Shown in pieces: positions 36,074 through 46,136 of a stretch of 64,000 nucleotides of DNA. Made by a program: the position numbers and the translations under genes. Origin of the DNA: Gemmatimonadaceae bacterium (GTDB taxonomy: Bacteria; Gemmatimonadota; Gemmatimonadetes; Gemmatimonadales; Gemmatimonadaceae). The number at the start of each line of letters is the position of its first letter. Within the stretch, counting starts at the first letter, position 1. The DNA is taken from assembly GCA_036496605.1 (NCBI GenBank), contig DASXKV010000041.1, positions 8,373 through 72,372 of the forward strand, given 5' to 3'. The notes below the pieces were generated by a model. The model saw only the letters and a program-made list of their open reading frames with translations, was not told the origin of the DNA and did not search any database.

Positions 36074-37414
36074 TCAATATCCGCCGGTCGCTCCCTGACG
36101 GCCTCTGAATCGAACACGGCCCTTCTTCATGAAACCGTCGTACTTCCGGAGCAGGAGGTGCTGCTGCATCTGCGTCAGCGTGTCGAGCGCGACCCCGACG
36201 ACGATGAGAAGCGACGTGCCGCCAAACGAGAACGGAACGTTGATGAGGCGGCTGATCCAGATCGGCAACAGCGCGATGATCGTCAGGAAGATCGCGCCAG
36301 GAAGTGTGATCTTCGAGACGACGTCTTCGATGTACTCCGCCGTCTTCGCGCCAGGCTTCACGCCCGGGACGAACCCGCCCTGCTTCTTCAGGTTCTCGGC
36401 GACGTCGATCGGGTTGAAGATGATCGCCGTGTAGAAGTACGTGAAGAAGAGGATCAGGACAGCCATCAACGCGTAGTACCAGAATGCGCCGGGCTGGAAG
36501 AATTCGGCGAGGTCTCGAAGCTTCTGAACGCTCGAGAATTGGGCCGCGGTGCCCGGGATGACGATCACCGATTGCGCAAAGACGATCGGCATCACGCCTG
36601 CGGCGTTTATGCGAAGCGGTATGAAGCTCCGCGAAGCCTCGCGCATTCGTCCCCGCGCCATGGTCCGCTGTGGGATCTGAATCAGGACGCGGCGCGCCGC
36701 TATGGTCACCGCAACGACAGACGCGACGACCGCCACCATCAACACGATGAGAACGAGCAGGTTGAAGGTCGGGATCGCGCCCGAGCCGATGAACTTGAAG
36801 GTCTCACTGATGCCGGGCCAGATGCGGTCGACGATCGAGAAGAAGATCATCAAGCTCGCGCCATTGCCCAGTCCGCGCTCGGTGATTTGCTCACCGAGCC
36901 ACATCACGAACATCGCTCCCGTGGTGAGGAAGAAGGCCGTCTGGAGGCGGAAGGCGAAGCCTGGCGAGTCGACGACACCGGGCAGTGACTCGGTGAAGAG
37001 GGCGAAGCCCCAAGCCTGCACCCACGCGAGACCGATCGTCGCGTAACGCGTCCACTGGTTGACGCGTTTTCGGCCTTCCTCGTCCTTTTGCATCTTCTCA
37101 ACTTGCGGAATGATCGCGCCGGCGATCTGCTGGAAGATGCTCGCCGAGATGTACGGCATGATCCCGAGCGCGAACACGGTCGCGCGCGAGAGCTGGCCGC
37201 CGGTGAAGAGGTCGTAGAGGCCGAGCAGCCCGCCACCATTGCTCTGAGTTTTGAAGAAGTCGATGAGCGCGGCGGGATTCACGCCGGGCGCGGTGACGTG
37301 CGCGCCGATGCGATAGATCACCAGGCACAGGAGCGTGAAGAGGATCTTCTCCTTCAGCTCGGTGGTGTTCCAGATGTTGCGCATCGCCGTCGCGGCGGCA
37401 TTGCTCTGAGCCAT
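36074..37414 (-). CDS. secY: Preprotein translocase subunit SecY
   Basis: 10-TM SecY pattern, 446 aa, canonical position after rplO. Confidence 0.97.
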   Translation of the reverse strand: MAQSNAAATAMRNIWNTTELKEKILFTLLCLVIYRIGAHVTAPGVNPAALIDFFKTQSNGGGLLGLYDLFTGGQLSRATVFALGIMPYISASIFQQIAGAIIPQVEKMQKDEEGRKRVNQWTRYATIGLAWVQAWGFALFTESLPGVVDSPGFAFRLQTAFFLTTGAMFVMWLGEQITERGLGNGASLMIFFSIVDRIWPGISETFKFIGSGAIPTFNLLVLIVLMVAVVASVVAVTIAARRVLIQIPQRTMARGRMREASRSFIPLRINAAGVMPIVFAQSVIVIPGTAAQFSSVQKLRDLAEFFQPGAFWYYALMAVLILFFTYFYTAIIFNPIDVAENLKKQGGFVPGVKPGAKTAEYIEDVVSKITLPGAIFLTIIALLPIWISRLINVPFSFGGTSLLIVVGVALDTLTQMQQHLLLRKYDGFMKKGRVRFRGRQGATGGY

Positions 37415-37435
37415 AAGACGCTACCGGAAAAACGT

Positions 37436-37504
37436 AGTTGGTCGCTGGTGGCTGGTTATCGGTATTTCCGAAGAACCAACCACCAATCACCAATCACCAA
37501 TCAC
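37436..37504. repeat. GGTGGTTGG/CCAACCACC-family hairpin between secY and rplO
   Basis: gttggtcgctggtggctggtt-atcggtatttccgaaga-accaaccaccaatcaccaatcaccaatcac. Confidence 0.7.
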
Positions 37505-37995
37505 TCTTCCACACTGCCCCCGGCCGCCACGATCTTCTCGCGCGCCGATGCACTCATTTTCACGCCGCGCACGGTGACGGGCTTCGGCACCTTGCCGTTC
37601 GCGAGCAGCTTGATCTTGCCGTGATTGCGCCTAACGAGTCCGGCCTCGGCAAGCGACTCCGGCGTCACGTCGCCACTCACCTTCGCGAGATCGTCGAGGC
37701 GGATCACCTCGGCATCCTCGCGGAAGGGATTGGTGAAGCCGCGCTTCGGCAAGCGACGCGTGATCGGCATCTGGCCGCCCTCGAAGGCCGGCTTTCCGCC
37801 GCCCGGACCGTGATGTCCCGAACGCGCCTTGATGCCCTTGTTGCCCTTGCCGGACGTCTTGCCCTTTCCGGAGCCCGGACCGCGACCGATGCGCTTCCGC
37901 TCGCGATGCGACCGGGGAGCCGCCACCAGATTGTGCAGCCCGATCTTCTCGACCTTCTCCGCCTTTTCTACAGTCTTAGCCACAGTTGCCCTCAC
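37501..37995 (-). CDS. rplO: 50S ribosomal protein L15
   Basis: GRGPGSGKGKTSGKG motif and operon position. Confidence 0.95.
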   Translation of the reverse strand: MRATVAKTVEKAEKVEKIGLHNLVAAPRSHRERKRIGRGPGSGKGKTSGKGNKGIKARSGHHGPGGGKPAFEGGQMPITRRLPKRGFTNPFREDAEVIRLDDLAKVSGDVTPESLAEAGLVRRNHGKIKLLANGKVPKPVTVRGVKMSASAREKIVAAGGSVEE

Positions 37996-38246
37996 TCTTC
38001 GACGACGGTCACCTGCACGAGGTGCCGCACTTGCTTGAGCTGCCCCACGAGTGCGGGGTGAATGTCCTTCACGACCTCATGCTGATGATGACGCAGCCCG
38101 ATCGCCTCGAGCGTCGCGCGCATCCGCCAGGAATGACCGATGCCGCTGCGGACCTGCTTGACGCGAACCTGGCCCTTCTCCGGCAACCGAAGGCTCGGTG
38201 TCTTTTTTGGACCGCGCGTCCGGTGCCAAACGAATGTGCGCGGCAT
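37992..38246 (-). CDS. rpmD: 50S ribosomal protein L30 (with ~20-aa N-terminal extension if the ATG at 38246 is used)
   Basis: VKQVRSGIGHSWRMRATLEAIGLR core. TAATG overlap with the rpsE stop. Confidence 0.85.
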   Translation of the reverse strand: MPRTFVWHRTRGPKKTPSLRLPEKGQVRVKQVRSGIGHSWRMRATLEAIGLRHHQHEVVKDIHPALVGQLKQVRHLVQVTVVEE

Positions 38247-39085
38247 TAGACCGCCTCCTTTGACTTCGCACGCGAACGGTACTGAATACTCGACACCTCG
38301 ATACCGCGCTCACGGGCCACCTGTTCCACCGTCGTCAGTTGACGAAGGCCGTCCATCGCCGCTCGTACCATGTTGTGCGGATTCGTGGAGCCCAGACTCT
38401 TGGTCAGAATGTCGGAGATCCCTGCGCACTCCATAATGGCGCGAACGGCGCCGCCGGCGATCACACCGGCACCTGGCGCCGCGGGCTTCATAAGGACGCG
38501 CCCCGCGCCATGCTGACCAATAATCTCGTGCGGGATCGTGTTCCCGGTGAGGGGAACCTCCGTGAGCTTCCGGCGCGCTGCCTCCACTGCCTTGCGGACG
38601 GCTTCGGAGACTTCGTTCGCCTTGCCTGACGCGAATCCGACGCGACCCTGACCGTCGCCGACGGCCACGAGGGCGTTGAAGGAGAAACGCCGGCCGCCCT
38701 TCACGACCTTCGCGACGCGGTTGATGGCGATGACGTTCTCGATGAGATCTCCACCCTCGCGCGAACGTTCCTCGCCACCGCGCCCGCCACGTCCTTCGCG
38801 ACCACCGTGACCACCACGATCGCTGCCGCCCCGATCACCGCCGCCACCACCCGGGCCGCCGCGACCGCGACCGCCACCACCACCGGGACCACCACGGCCG
38901 CCACCGCCGCCGCCACGTCCGCCGCCTGGTCCGCCGCGTCCGCCGCCTGGCCCGCCGCGTCCGCGACCGCCACCGCCGCCGCCGCCGCCCCCGCGCCCAC
39001 CACGGCCGCCACCTGGGCCACCGCCGACGGGGCGTGGACGCTCGGCGCGCTGCGGCTCGCCGCCTGTGCTGTGTGTTTCTGACAT
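38246..39085 (-). CDS. rpsE: 30S ribosomal protein S5 with ~110-aa Gly/Arg-rich (RGG) N-terminal extension
   Basis: Core [36 protein letters not shown]…. Start at MSETHS, 5 nt after the rplR stop. Residues ~20-105 are almost only G/R/P. Confidence 0.9.
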   Translation of the reverse strand: MSETHSTGGEPQRAERPRPVGGGPGGGRGGRGGGGGGGGGRGRGGPGGGRGGPGGGRGGGGGGRGGPGGGGGRGRGGPGGGGGDRGGSDRGGHGGREGRGGRGGEERSREGGDLIENVIAINRVAKVVKGGRRFSFNALVAVGDGQGRVGFASGKANEVSEAVRKAVEAARRKLTEVPLTGNTIPHEIIGQHGAGRVLMKPAAPGAGVIAGGAVRAIMECAGISDILTKSLGSTNPHNMVRAAMDGLRQLTTVEQVARERGIEVSSIQYRSRAKSKEAV

Positions 39086-39089
39086 GTCT

Positions 39090-39446
39090 TTAGAACTCCA
39101 GCCCGCCCTCGCGGGCACCGTCGGCCAGCGCCTTCACGCGGCCATGATATCGATATCCCGCCCGATCGAACACGACTTTCGTGATACCCGCTTCCTTCGC
39201 GCGCGCGGCGATCCGCTTTCCGACTTCCGACGACTTCTCGGTCTTCTTCCCTTCGATGTCCTGGCTCGTGACCGTCATGAGCGTGCGGTTCGCCGCGTCG
39301 TCGACCAGCTGCGCGTAGATGTGCTTGAGCGAACGGCGAATGACGAGACGCGGGCGATCCTCGGTACCGCTGACCTTTTTCCGAACACGAAGATGGCGAC
39401 GATATCGCCGTTCGACCTTCGTCTTCGGGGGACGCATCACCGGCAT
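39090..39446 (-). CDS. rplR: 50S ribosomal protein L18
   Basis: Sequence pattern and operon position. Confidence 0.95.
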   Translation of the reverse strand: MPVMRPPKTKVERRYRRHLRVRKKVSGTEDRPRLVIRRSLKHIYAQLVDDAANRTLMTVTSQDIEGKKTEKSSEVGKRIAARAKEAGITKVVFDRAGYRYHGRVKALADGAREGGLEF

Positions 39447-39985
39447 TACTTACCTCCTGCCTTGCCCGCCTTACGACGGATCTGTTCACCAGCGTACTTG
39501 ATGCCCTTGCCCTTGTACGGCTCGGGTGGCCGAAGTTGGCGCAGCTCGGCCGCGACCTGTCCGACCATTTCCTTGTCTGCGCCGTCGATAAAGATCTGCG
39601 TCGGCTGCGGCGCGGTCAGCTTGATCCCCGACGGCGCCTTGTACTGCACCGGATGGGAGAAGCCCAGGGCGAGCTGCAGCCCGAATGGCCGGACCTCCGC
39701 CTTGTACCCAACGCCCGAGATCTCGAGCTGCTTCTGATATCCCTTCGTGACGCCCTCGACCATGTTGGCGATGAGCGTTCTCGTTAGGCCGTGGAGCGCC
39801 TTGTGGTTCGGCTCGTCCGACGGACGCGATACCTTGATGGTGTCGTTCTCGACCGCGACCGAAATATCCTGGGCGACCTTGCGCGTCAGCTCGCCTTTCG
39901 GACCCTTGACGCGAATCGTGTTCCCGTCAACGGCAACCGTGACCCCTTTGGGTATGCTGACCGGAAGCTTTCCAATACGTGACAT
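39446..39985 (-). CDS. rplF: 50S ribosomal protein L6
   Basis: [15 protein letters not shown]… and operon position. Confidence 0.95.
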   Translation of the reverse strand: MSRIGKLPVSIPKGVTVAVDGNTIRVKGPKGELTRKVAQDISVAVENDTIKVSRPSDEPNHKALHGLTRTLIANMVEGVTKGYQKQLEISGVGYKAEVRPFGLQLALGFSHPVQYKAPSGIKLTAPQPTQIFIDGADKEMVGQVAAELRQLRPPEPYKGKGIKYAGEQIRRKAGKAGGK

Positions 39986-39997
39986 CTCAATTCCTCC

Positions 39998-40399
39998 TTA
40001 CCAAACGACGGCGACGAGCTCGCCGCCGGTGCGCGCCTGACGAGCTTCTCGATCGGACATCATCCCCTGCGACGTGCTGAGGATGGCGAGCCCGAGTCCG
40101 TTGCGGACGCGCGGGATCTGGTTGACGCCGACGTAACGCCGCAGTCCCGGCGTCGAGACGCGCTGGAGCGAACGAATCACCGGCTGGCCGGTGCCCGCGT
40201 ACTTGAGCCGCACGCGCAGGAGGTGCTTGCCTTCGTCGCTGTCGATCATCTGATAATCCTGAATGAAGTTGTTCTCCTTCAGGATGCGAGCGATCTCGGT
40301 TTTCACTCTCGACACCGGGATGTCGACGCGACGATGCCGCGACGCCACCGCGTTGCGGATTCGTGTCAACATGTCGGCGATCGGATCGGTCATGCTCAT
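39998..40399 (-). CDS. rpsH: 30S ribosomal protein S8
   Basis: MSMTDPIADMLTRIRNA… Start moved inward; the ORF-track N-terminus is translated hairpin repeat. Confidence 0.95.
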   Translation of the reverse strand: MSMTDPIADMLTRIRNAVASRHRRVDIPVSRVKTEIARILKENNFIQDYQMIDSDEGKHLLRVRLKYAGTGQPVIRSLQRVSTPGLRRYVGVNQIPRVRNGLGLAILSTSQGMMSDREARQARTGGELVAVVW

Positions 40400-40435
40400 G
40401 AATTCAGAACTCCTCTCGTATCCGGAGACGTGGGG

Positions 40436-40550
40436 GAGATTGGTGACTGGTGATTGGCGGTTGGTCGTTGGTGGGTTTCGGATTGGCCGGCGAGCTTCGC
40501 TCGCGGGCACTCCCTATTCACCAATCACCCGCGACCAGCCACCAATCACC
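40436..40550. repeat. GGTGGTTGG/CCAACCACC-family hairpin between rpsH and rpsN, with an inner GCGAGC-ttc-GCTCGC stem
   Basis: gattggtgactggtgattggcggttggtcgttggtggg … attcaccaatcacccgcgaccagccaccaatcacc. Confidence 0.7.
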
Positions 40551-40731
40551 ATGAGGCCTTGCGTACGCCCGGGATCATCCCGGAAAGCGCCAGTTCACGG
40601 AAGCAGATTCGGCAGAGACCAAAGCGTCGCAGAAATGCGCGCGACCGGCCGCAGCGACTGCACCGGCTGTGTGCGCGCACTTTGAACTTGGGCTTGCGCT
40701 TCGACTTCTCGATCCAGGACTTCTTTGCCAT
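40546..40731 (-). CDS. rpsN: 30S ribosomal protein S14, zinc-binding type Z (61 aa)
   Basis: CSRCGR…CRICFRE. The stop codon lies within the AC-rich arm of the adjacent hairpin. Confidence 0.95.
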   Translation of the reverse strand: MAKKSWIEKSKRKPKFKVRAHSRCSRCGRSRAFLRRFGLCRICFRELALSGMIPGVRKASW

Positions 40732-40766
40732 GCGTGGTACCCGCTGAGGTGTTGGTGACAGCCGCG

Positions 40767-41483
40767 CTAGAGGAGCCGGCTGCCCTTCTTGTCGTCACCG
40801 CGGAATGGCATGCCTAACTCCTTCAGCAGCGCCAACGCGAGATCGTCGCGCTCGGCGCTCGTCACGAAGGTGATGTCCATGCCGTGGATTTGCTCGATGT
40901 CGTCGTAGTTGATCTCGGGGAAGATCATCTGCTCCTTGACGCCAAGCGAATAATTGCCTCTTCCATCGAAAGAGCGCGTGCCCAGCCCGCGAAAGTCGCG
41001 AATGCGTGGCACTGCCACCGAGATGAAGCGGTCGAGAAACTCCCACATGCGCGCGCCGCGGAGCGTCACTGCCGCCCCGATCTCTTGTCCTTGCCGGAGA
41101 CCGAAGTTCGCGATCGACTTCTTTGCCTTTTTTCTCACCGGTTGCTGGCCGGTGATCGTCGCAAGCTCCTCGACGACCTTGTCGAGCGTCTTCGGTTGTT
41201 TGATCGCTTCGCCGACGCCGACGTTGAGCACGATCTTTTCGAGCGTCGGGACCTGGTGCGGATTCGTTAGGCCGAACTGCTGCATGAGCTTCGGCCGGAC
41301 TTCGACCTGATACATCGCGCGCAGGCGCGGCGGTGGCACGGGAATGTGAGCGCCCGCGTGTGGTCCACGCGCATGCGCTTCACCGCCGCGCTTTTCTTTC
41401 CCTTTCTTGCCGCTCGGCTTACCGCCGGCCTGTTTTGGTGCGCCCTTCGCCGGCGTGCCGCCCTTTTGGTCTTTCGTTGCCAT
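40767..41483 (-). CDS. rplE: 50S ribosomal protein L5 with ~55-aa Lys/Gly-rich N-terminal extension
   Basis: Core [28 protein letters not shown]…. 238 aa against a typical ~180. Confidence 0.92.
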   Translation of the reverse strand: MATKDQKGGTPAKGAPKQAGGKPSGKKGKEKRGGEAHARGPHAGAHIPVPPPRLRAMYQVEVRPKLMQQFGLTNPHQVPTLEKIVLNVGVGEAIKQPKTLDKVVEELATITGQQPVRKKAKKSIANFGLRQGQEIGAAVTLRGARMWEFLDRFISVAVPRIRDFRGLGTRSFDGRGNYSLGVKEQMIFPEINYDDIEQIHGMDITFVTSAERDDLALALLKELGMPFRGDDKKGSRLL

Positions 41484-41496
41484 GAGTCCTTAGTCT

Positions 41497-41522
41497 CCAA
41501 TCACCAACCACCAATCACAATC
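41497..41522. repeat. CCAATCACC-family half element (AC arm only) between rplE and rplX
   Basis: ccaatcaccaaccaccaatcacaatc. Confidence 0.5.
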
Positions 41523-41523
41523 G

Positions 41524-41931
41524 TCAGCGCACCGGTTTCGGAATCGCGTCACCGCTCTTGACGCTGATGCGCTCCTTCGTGCCGTCCTCGTCGATGCGCA
41601 TCTTCGTGCGCGTCGGCTTGCCGCTCTTCGGGTCGATGAGCATCACGTTCGACACGTGAATCGGCGCTTCCATCTCGATGATGCCGCTCTGCTCGTCGGC
41701 CGTGCGCGCCTTCCGGTGCCGCTTCACGATGTTCACACCCTTCACCGTGATGCGCCCTTTCTTCGGGTAAACGTGAATCACTTCGCCGCGCGCGCCCTTG
41801 TCGTTGCCGCGCATGATCAGCACCTGGTCGCCGCGCACGACGGGCATCTTGATGCGTGCCCGGTTGTCGGCGTGTCGCTTGCGATTGACCGCACGCGGCC
41901 GATCCGTCTTTCGATACTTGAGAATTCGCAT
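41524..41931 (-). CDS. rplX: 50S ribosomal protein L24 (possible 28-aa basic N-terminal extension)
   Basis: KOW core VVRGDQVLIMRGNDKGARGEV. The ATG at 41931 lies 1 nt after the rplN stop. An alternative Met is at residue 29. Confidence 0.9.
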   Translation of the reverse strand: MRILKYRKTDRPRAVNRKRHADNRARIKMPVVRGDQVLIMRGNDKGARGEVIHVYPKKGRITVKGVNIVKRHRKARTADEQSGIIEMEAPIHVSNVMLIDPKSGKPTRTKMRIDEDGTKERISVKSGDAIPKPVR

Positions 41932-41932
41932 A

Positions 41933-42301
41933 TCAGATGACCTCGGGCGCGAGCGACACGATCTTCATGTACTTCCGGTCGCGCAACTCGCGCGCGACGG
42001 GGCCGAAGATGCGCGTCGCGCGCGGCTCGCCCTGCTCGTTGATGATCACGACCGCGTTCTCGTCGAAGCGGATATAGCTGCCATCCTTGCGGCGCGTCTC
42101 CTTTGCCGTGCGAACGACGACCGCCCGAGCGACCTCCGACTTCTTCACCGTACCGTTAGGCAAGGCGTCTTTGACCGCCACGATCACGACGTCGCCCAAG
42201 CCCGCATAGCGACGGCGCGTGCCGCCGAGCACGCGGATCACGAGCGCGCGTTTCGCGCCCGAATTGTCCGCGACCTTGACCATCGATTCCTGCTGAATCA
42301 T
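41933..42301 (-). CDS. rplN: 50S ribosomal protein L14
   Basis: [17 protein letters not shown]…, 122 aa. Confidence 0.96.
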   Translation of the reverse strand: MIQQESMVKVADNSGAKRALVIRVLGGTRRRYAGLGDVVIVAVKDALPNGTVKKSEVARAVVVRTAKETRRKDGSYIRFDENAVVIINEQGEPRATRIFGPVARELRDRKYMKIVSLAPEVI

Positions 42302-42315
42302 GGTGACTTCCTCCC

Positions 42316-42609
42316 TTAGCGCGCGCGCTCGATGATCTCGACCACGCGCCACCGCTTGTCCTTCGACAGCGGGCGGGTCTCCATGATGCGCACGGTGTCA
42401 CCGCTCTTCGCGGCGTTCTCCTCATCGTGCGCTTTCACGCGCTTCGTGCGCGTCACCATCTTGTTGTAGACGGGGTGCTGGTAGCGACGTTCGATCGCCA
42501 CCACCACCGTCTTCTGCATCTTGTCGCTCACGACGACGCCGAGCCGCGTCTTGCGCGTGCCGCGCGGCGTGCTCGTCTCGCGTGCGTTCGTTCTCGCCAT
42601 ATCAGCCAT
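42316..42609 (-). CDS. rpsQ: 30S ribosomal protein S17
   Basis: [18 protein letters not shown]…HPVYNK… pattern. Confidence 0.95.
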   Translation of the reverse strand: MADMARTNARETSTPRGTRKTRLGVVVSDKMQKTVVVAIERRYQHPVYNKMVTRTKRVKAHDEENAAKSGDTVRIMETRPLSKDKRWRVVEIIERAR

Positions 42610-42621
42610 GCTCGTCCCCGG

Positions 42622-42924
42622 TTAGCGCGCTTTCGTCTTCGTCGCGCCCTTCTTCGCCGGGCGACGCGCTGTCTTCGTTGTCTTCTTGCCCTTCTTCGCG
42701 GCGGGCGACGACGACGCCGTAGCCTCGCGCACGATGCCTTGCTCGCGCTCGCTCGCGATCGTCTTCAGCCGCGCAATGTCCTTTCGAATCAGTCGCAGAC
42801 GCAGCGGATCCTCGAGCGGCTCCGTCGCGCTTCGGAACTTGAGTCGGAAACGCTCCTCCTCCAGCTCGAGAACGCGCGCCGTGATGTCCTCCACGCCCAG
42901 TTCACGGATTTCGTCAGCTCGCAT
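42622..42924 (-). CDS. rpmC: 50S ribosomal protein L29 with Lys-rich C-terminal tail
   Basis: MRADEIREL…[11 protein letters not shown]… Start moved inward; overlaps the rplP end by 11 nt. Confidence 0.9.
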   Translation of the reverse strand: MRADEIRELGVEDITARVLELEEERFRLKFRSATEPLEDPLRLRLIRKDIARLKTIASEREQGIVREATASSSPAAKKGKKTTKTARRPAKKGATKTKAR

Positions 42925-43342
42925 CGGTGTGCGCCTCCTCACGCGCAACGAACTTCGTACGCACCGGCATCTTGGCGGCCGCGAGCGCCATCGCCTTGTC
43001 GGCGATCTCGCGCGTGACACCTTCCAACTCGAACAGCACTCGTCCCGGCTTTACGACTGCGACCCAACCCTCTGGAGATCCCTTTCCCTTCCCCATGCGG
43101 GTCTCGGCGGGCTTTTTCGTGATGGGTTTATCCGGAAAGATTCGAATCCACACTTTTCCGCCGCGCTTGATGTGCCTCGTGAGGGCAACGCGCGCCGCCT
43201 CGATCTGGCGGTTCGAGATCCAGCCCGGCTCGAGCGCCTGCAAACCATAGCTACCGAAGGCCACCGTGCTGCCACGCTTGGCGTGACCCTTCGTGCGGCC
43301 CTTGAACATCTTGCGAAATTTGACACGCTTCGGACTCAGCAT
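42914..43342 (-). CDS. rplP: 50S ribosomal protein L16
   Basis: [16 protein letters not shown]…. Confidence 0.96.
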   Translation of the reverse strand: MLSPKRVKFRKMFKGRTKGHAKRGSTVAFGSYGLQALEPGWISNRQIEAARVALTRHIKRGGKVWIRIFPDKPITKKPAETRMGKGKGSPEGWVAVVKPGRVLFELEGVTREIADKAMALAAAKMPVRTKFVAREEAHTDAS

Positions 43343-43355
43343 CGTTCAGCCCCCC

Positions 43356-44015
43356 TCACATGCCTGACGAGTAGGTCGTACCGCGACGATCCTCGACCTT
43401 CTCGCCCTTGAAGATCCACACCTTGACGCCGATCGTCCCGTAGGTCGTCTTCGCCGTCGATGTTGCGTAGTCGATGTCCGCGCGCAGCGTATGCAGCGGC
43501 ACGCGTCCCTCGTGATACCCCTCGACGCGCGCGATCTCGGCGCCGCCCAGACGGCCACCACACTTGATCTTGATACCCTGCGCGCCCATGCGCATTGCGC
43601 TCTGCACCGCGCGCTTCATGGCGCGACGAAACGAGATGCGCTGGGCGAGCTGGCTTGCGACGTTGTCGGCGACGAGTTGGGCGTCGAGCTCGGGCCGCTT
43701 GATCTCCTCGACGTTGATGCCGACTTCCTTGCCAGTGAGATGTGCGAGCTCGTCACGCAGCTTGTCCACTTCCGCGCCTTTCTTGCCAATAACGACTCCT
43801 GGTCGCCCCGTGTGTAGGGTGACGACGACCTTGCTCGGCTTACGCTCGATCACGATATCGGAGATCGCTGCGTGTCCGAGGCGCGCCTTGAGATACTTGC
43901 GCAGCAGCTCGTCTTCCTTGAGCAGCTTGGGCAGCTCCCGCCCCGCGTAGTATCGCGAGCGCCAGTCCTTCGAGATGCCGAGCCGGAAACCGACTGGATT
44001 AACCTTCTGTCCCAT
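43356..44015 (-). CDS. rpsC: 30S ribosomal protein S3
   Basis: [14 protein letters not shown]…, KH domain pattern. Confidence 0.96.
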   Translation of the reverse strand: MGQKVNPVGFRLGISKDWRSRYYAGRELPKLLKEDELLRKYLKARLGHAAISDIVIERKPSKVVVTLHTGRPGVVIGKKGAEVDKLRDELAHLTGKEVGINVEEIKRPELDAQLVADNVASQLAQRISFRRAMKRAVQSAMRMGAQGIKIKCGGRLGGAEIARVEGYHEGRVPLHTLRADIDYATSTAKTTYGTIGVKVWIFKGEKVEDRRGTTYSSGM

Positions 44016-44557
44016 TAGCGAGCAACCCCCTGACGCGCCGCGACCACGATCTCGACGTGGCTCGTGCGCTTCTGAATTGGCGTGGCGCGACCCATCGCCG
44101 CCGGCGTGAACCGCTTCAGCTTCGGTCCTTCGTTCACAATTGCGTGCTTCACGAACAGCGTATCCACGTCCAAGGGCTCATTCTCGGCACGAGCATGTGA
44201 TTCAGCATTTGCTACCGCGGAACGCAACGTTTTCTCGATCTGCTTCGCCGCGTGCTTCTTGGAGAAGGCGAGGTAGTTGAGCGCCGCGTTCACGTCCTTG
44301 CCGCGGATCTCGTCGATCACCAGGCGCATCTTGTAGGGCGACTGGCGCGTGGTGCGCTGGATCGCGCGTGCCTGACGAGGCGGAGTTGCCGTCGCGGGTT
44401 GCGCGGCGCGCGGCGTGCCGCCGCCGGTCCCGGCCCGCTTCGTCCCGCCGCGCTTCGCGCCGGCTTTCTTCGCGGCGCTCTTTTTCGCACCGCGCGTGCC
44501 GCGGCTCGCGCCCCGCTTCGCGGTCGTCTTCTTCGCTCCCGACTTACGTGCGGCCAT
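44015..44557 (-). CDS. rplV: 50S ribosomal protein L22 with ~65-aa Ala/Lys/Arg-rich N-terminal extension
   Basis: Core [27 protein letters not shown]…. 180 aa against a typical ~110. Confidence 0.92.
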   Translation of the reverse strand: MAARKSGAKKTTAKRGASRGTRGAKKSAAKKAGAKRGGTKRAGTGGGTPRAAQPATATPPRQARAIQRTTRQSPYKMRLVIDEIRGKDVNAALNYLAFSKKHAAKQIEKTLRSAVANAESHARAENEPLDVDTLFVKHAIVNEGPKLKRFTPAAMGRATPIQKRTSHVEIVVAARQGVAR

Positions 44558-44560
44558 GGC

Positions 44561-44923
44561 CTACCTACCTCCTCGTGGTGCGGGCGCTGCGGCTGGTGCG
44601 GTCGCTGCGGGCGCCGCTGGCGTACCGGCGGCGGGCGTCGGCGCCTTCTTGTCTGCTGCTTTTCCCGCTGCGGTGTGTCCACGGAACAAGCGCGTCGGCG
44701 CGAACTCGCCGAGCTTGTGGCCCACCATGTTCTCGGTGACGTACACGGGGATGAACTTGTTCCCGTTATGCACCGCGAACGTGTGACCCACGAACTCCGG
44801 CAGCACCGTGCTCGCGCGCGACCACGTCTTGATCACGCGCTTCTCGTTGCGCGTGTTCATCGCTTCGACGCGCTTCGTGAGCGCTTCCTGAACGTAAGGA
44901 CCCTTTTTTACGCTGCGACCCAT
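44561..44923 (-). CDS. rpsS: 30S ribosomal protein S19 with Ala/Pro-rich C-terminal tail
   Basis: [11 protein letters not shown]…TWSRAS…GHTFAVHNG. Start moved inward, out of the hairpin repeat. Confidence 0.95.
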   Translation of the reverse strand: MGRSVKKGPYVQEALTKRVEAMNTRNEKRVIKTWSRASTVLPEFVGHTFAVHNGNKFIPVYVTENMVGHKLGEFAPTRLFRGHTAAGKAADKKAPTPAAGTPAAPAATAPAAAPAPRGGR

Positions 44924-44933
44924 GATGTCGATT

Positions 44934-45003
44934 CCGGGTGGTTGGTGTCTGGTGGCTGGTAGTCGGTGATTCACGAATCACCAACCACCAATCACCAATC
45001 ACG
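44934..45003. repeat. GGTGGTTGG/CCAACCACC-family hairpin between rpsS and rplB
   Basis: gggtggttggtgtctggtggctggtagtcGGTGATTCacGAATCACCaaccaccaatcaccaatcac. Confidence 0.75.
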
Positions 45004-45004
45004 G

Positions 45005-45835
45005 TTACTGCGTTGCCTTTCCGCGTTTGCGACCCCTCACAATCAGCTTCTGCGACGCCTTCTTCTTGTTGCGCGTCTTCACGCCTTCCTTCTTGCCCCA
45101 CGGACTCACGACATTGCGACCGCCGCGCGTGCGGCCACCGTGCGGGTGATCGACGGGGTTCATGACCTCGCCGCGGACCCGCGGACGGCGTCCCTTCCAG
45201 CGGGATTTGCCCGCCTTGCCCCACGAGAGCAGCTCGTGCTCCTCGTTGCCGACGACGCCGATCGTCGCCAGGCAGCGGCCGTGGATCATGCGCATCTCCG
45301 TCGACGGCATACGCACCGTCACGTACTCGCCCTCTTTCGCGACGACCTGTGCCGCCATTCCCGCCGACCGGCAGAGCTGGCCGCCCTTTGCGATCTTGAG
45401 CTCGATGTTGTGGACCGCCGTGCCTAACGGCACTTCCGCCAATGGCATCGTGTTGCCCAAACGGATGTCCGAGCCCGGGCCGCTGACCACCGTATCCCCG
45501 ACCTTGAGCCCCTTCGGGTGGATGATGTAGCGGAGCTCGCCATCCGCGTACTCGACGAGCGCAATGCGCGCCGAGCGATTCGGATCGTACTCGATCTCCT
45601 TCACCGTCGCGGTCACGCCAAACTTGTCACGACGGAAATCGACGATGCGGTACTTCCGCTTGTGGCCACCGCCACGACGGCGCATCGCGATGTGCCCGTG
45701 GTTGTCGCGCCCACCGGTCTTCTTCAACGGCTCGACCAGCGACTTCTCCGGCTCCTCGCGCGTGATCTCCGAAAAATCCGCGACGGAACGGAAGCGTGAG
45801 CTCGCCGTGATCGGCCTGAACTGACGAATCGGCAT
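45005..45835 (-). CDS. rplB: 50S ribosomal protein L2
   Basis: [15 protein letters not shown]…, [18 protein letters not shown]-type motif. Confidence 0.96.
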   Translation of the reverse strand: MPIRQFRPITASSRFRSVADFSEITREEPEKSLVEPLKKTGGRDNHGHIAMRRRGGGHKRKYRIVDFRRDKFGVTATVKEIEYDPNRSARIALVEYADGELRYIIHPKGLKVGDTVVSGPGSDIRLGNTMPLAEVPLGTAVHNIELKIAKGGQLCRSAGMAAQVVAKEGEYVTVRMPSTEMRMIHGRCLATIGVVGNEEHELLSWGKAGKSRWKGRRPRVRGEVMNPVDHPHGGRTRGGRNVVSPWGKKEGVKTRNKKKASQKLIVRGRKRGKATQ

Positions 45836-45845
45836 TCTATCTACC

Positions 45846-46133
45846 TCAGCCTTCGAAGATCGGAATCGAGTCGCCCTGAGCGAGCTTGACGACGGCCTTC
45901 TTCCAGTTGGGACGGCGACCCGCACTCTTGCCAAGCCGCTTCATCTTGCCGCGATGGTTCGACGTCCACACGCCGACCACACGCACGCCGAACAGCTGCT
46001 CGATCGCACCGCGGATCTGCGGCTTCGAGGCCTTCGGGTGCACTTCGAACGTGTACTCGCCGCGATCCTGGTAGGCCGCGGAGCTCTTCTCCGTGATCAG
46101 TGGCCTAACGATCATCTCGTGGAGTGTCGGCAT
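45846..46133 (-). CDS. rplW: 50S ribosomal protein L23
   Basis: Sequence pattern ([10 protein letters not shown]…) and operon position. Confidence 0.95.
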   Translation of the reverse strand: MPTLHEMIVRPLITEKSSAAYQDRGEYTFEVHPKASKPQIRGAIEQLFGVRVVGVWTSNHRGKMKRLGKSAGRRPNWKKAVVKLAQGDSIPIFEG

Positions 46134-46136
46134 CGG

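Noticed and set aside
35369-36988. 539-aa plus-strand ORF antisense to adk and secY. Similar long antisense ORFs occur at 45954..47654, 15060..16583, 8843..9802, 11996..12970, 10488..11735, 19537..20478, 48369..49412, 6529..8010 and 33271..34053.
   Set aside because: All lie opposite strongly supported conserved genes. They have Arg/Asp/His-rich, low-information sequences and no recognisable domains. They are artefacts of stop-codon depletion in GC-rich DNA.
38807-39082. 91-aa Ala/Thr-rich plus-strand ORF.
   Set aside because: It is the antisense translation of the (GGN)n repeat that encodes the S5 RGG tail.
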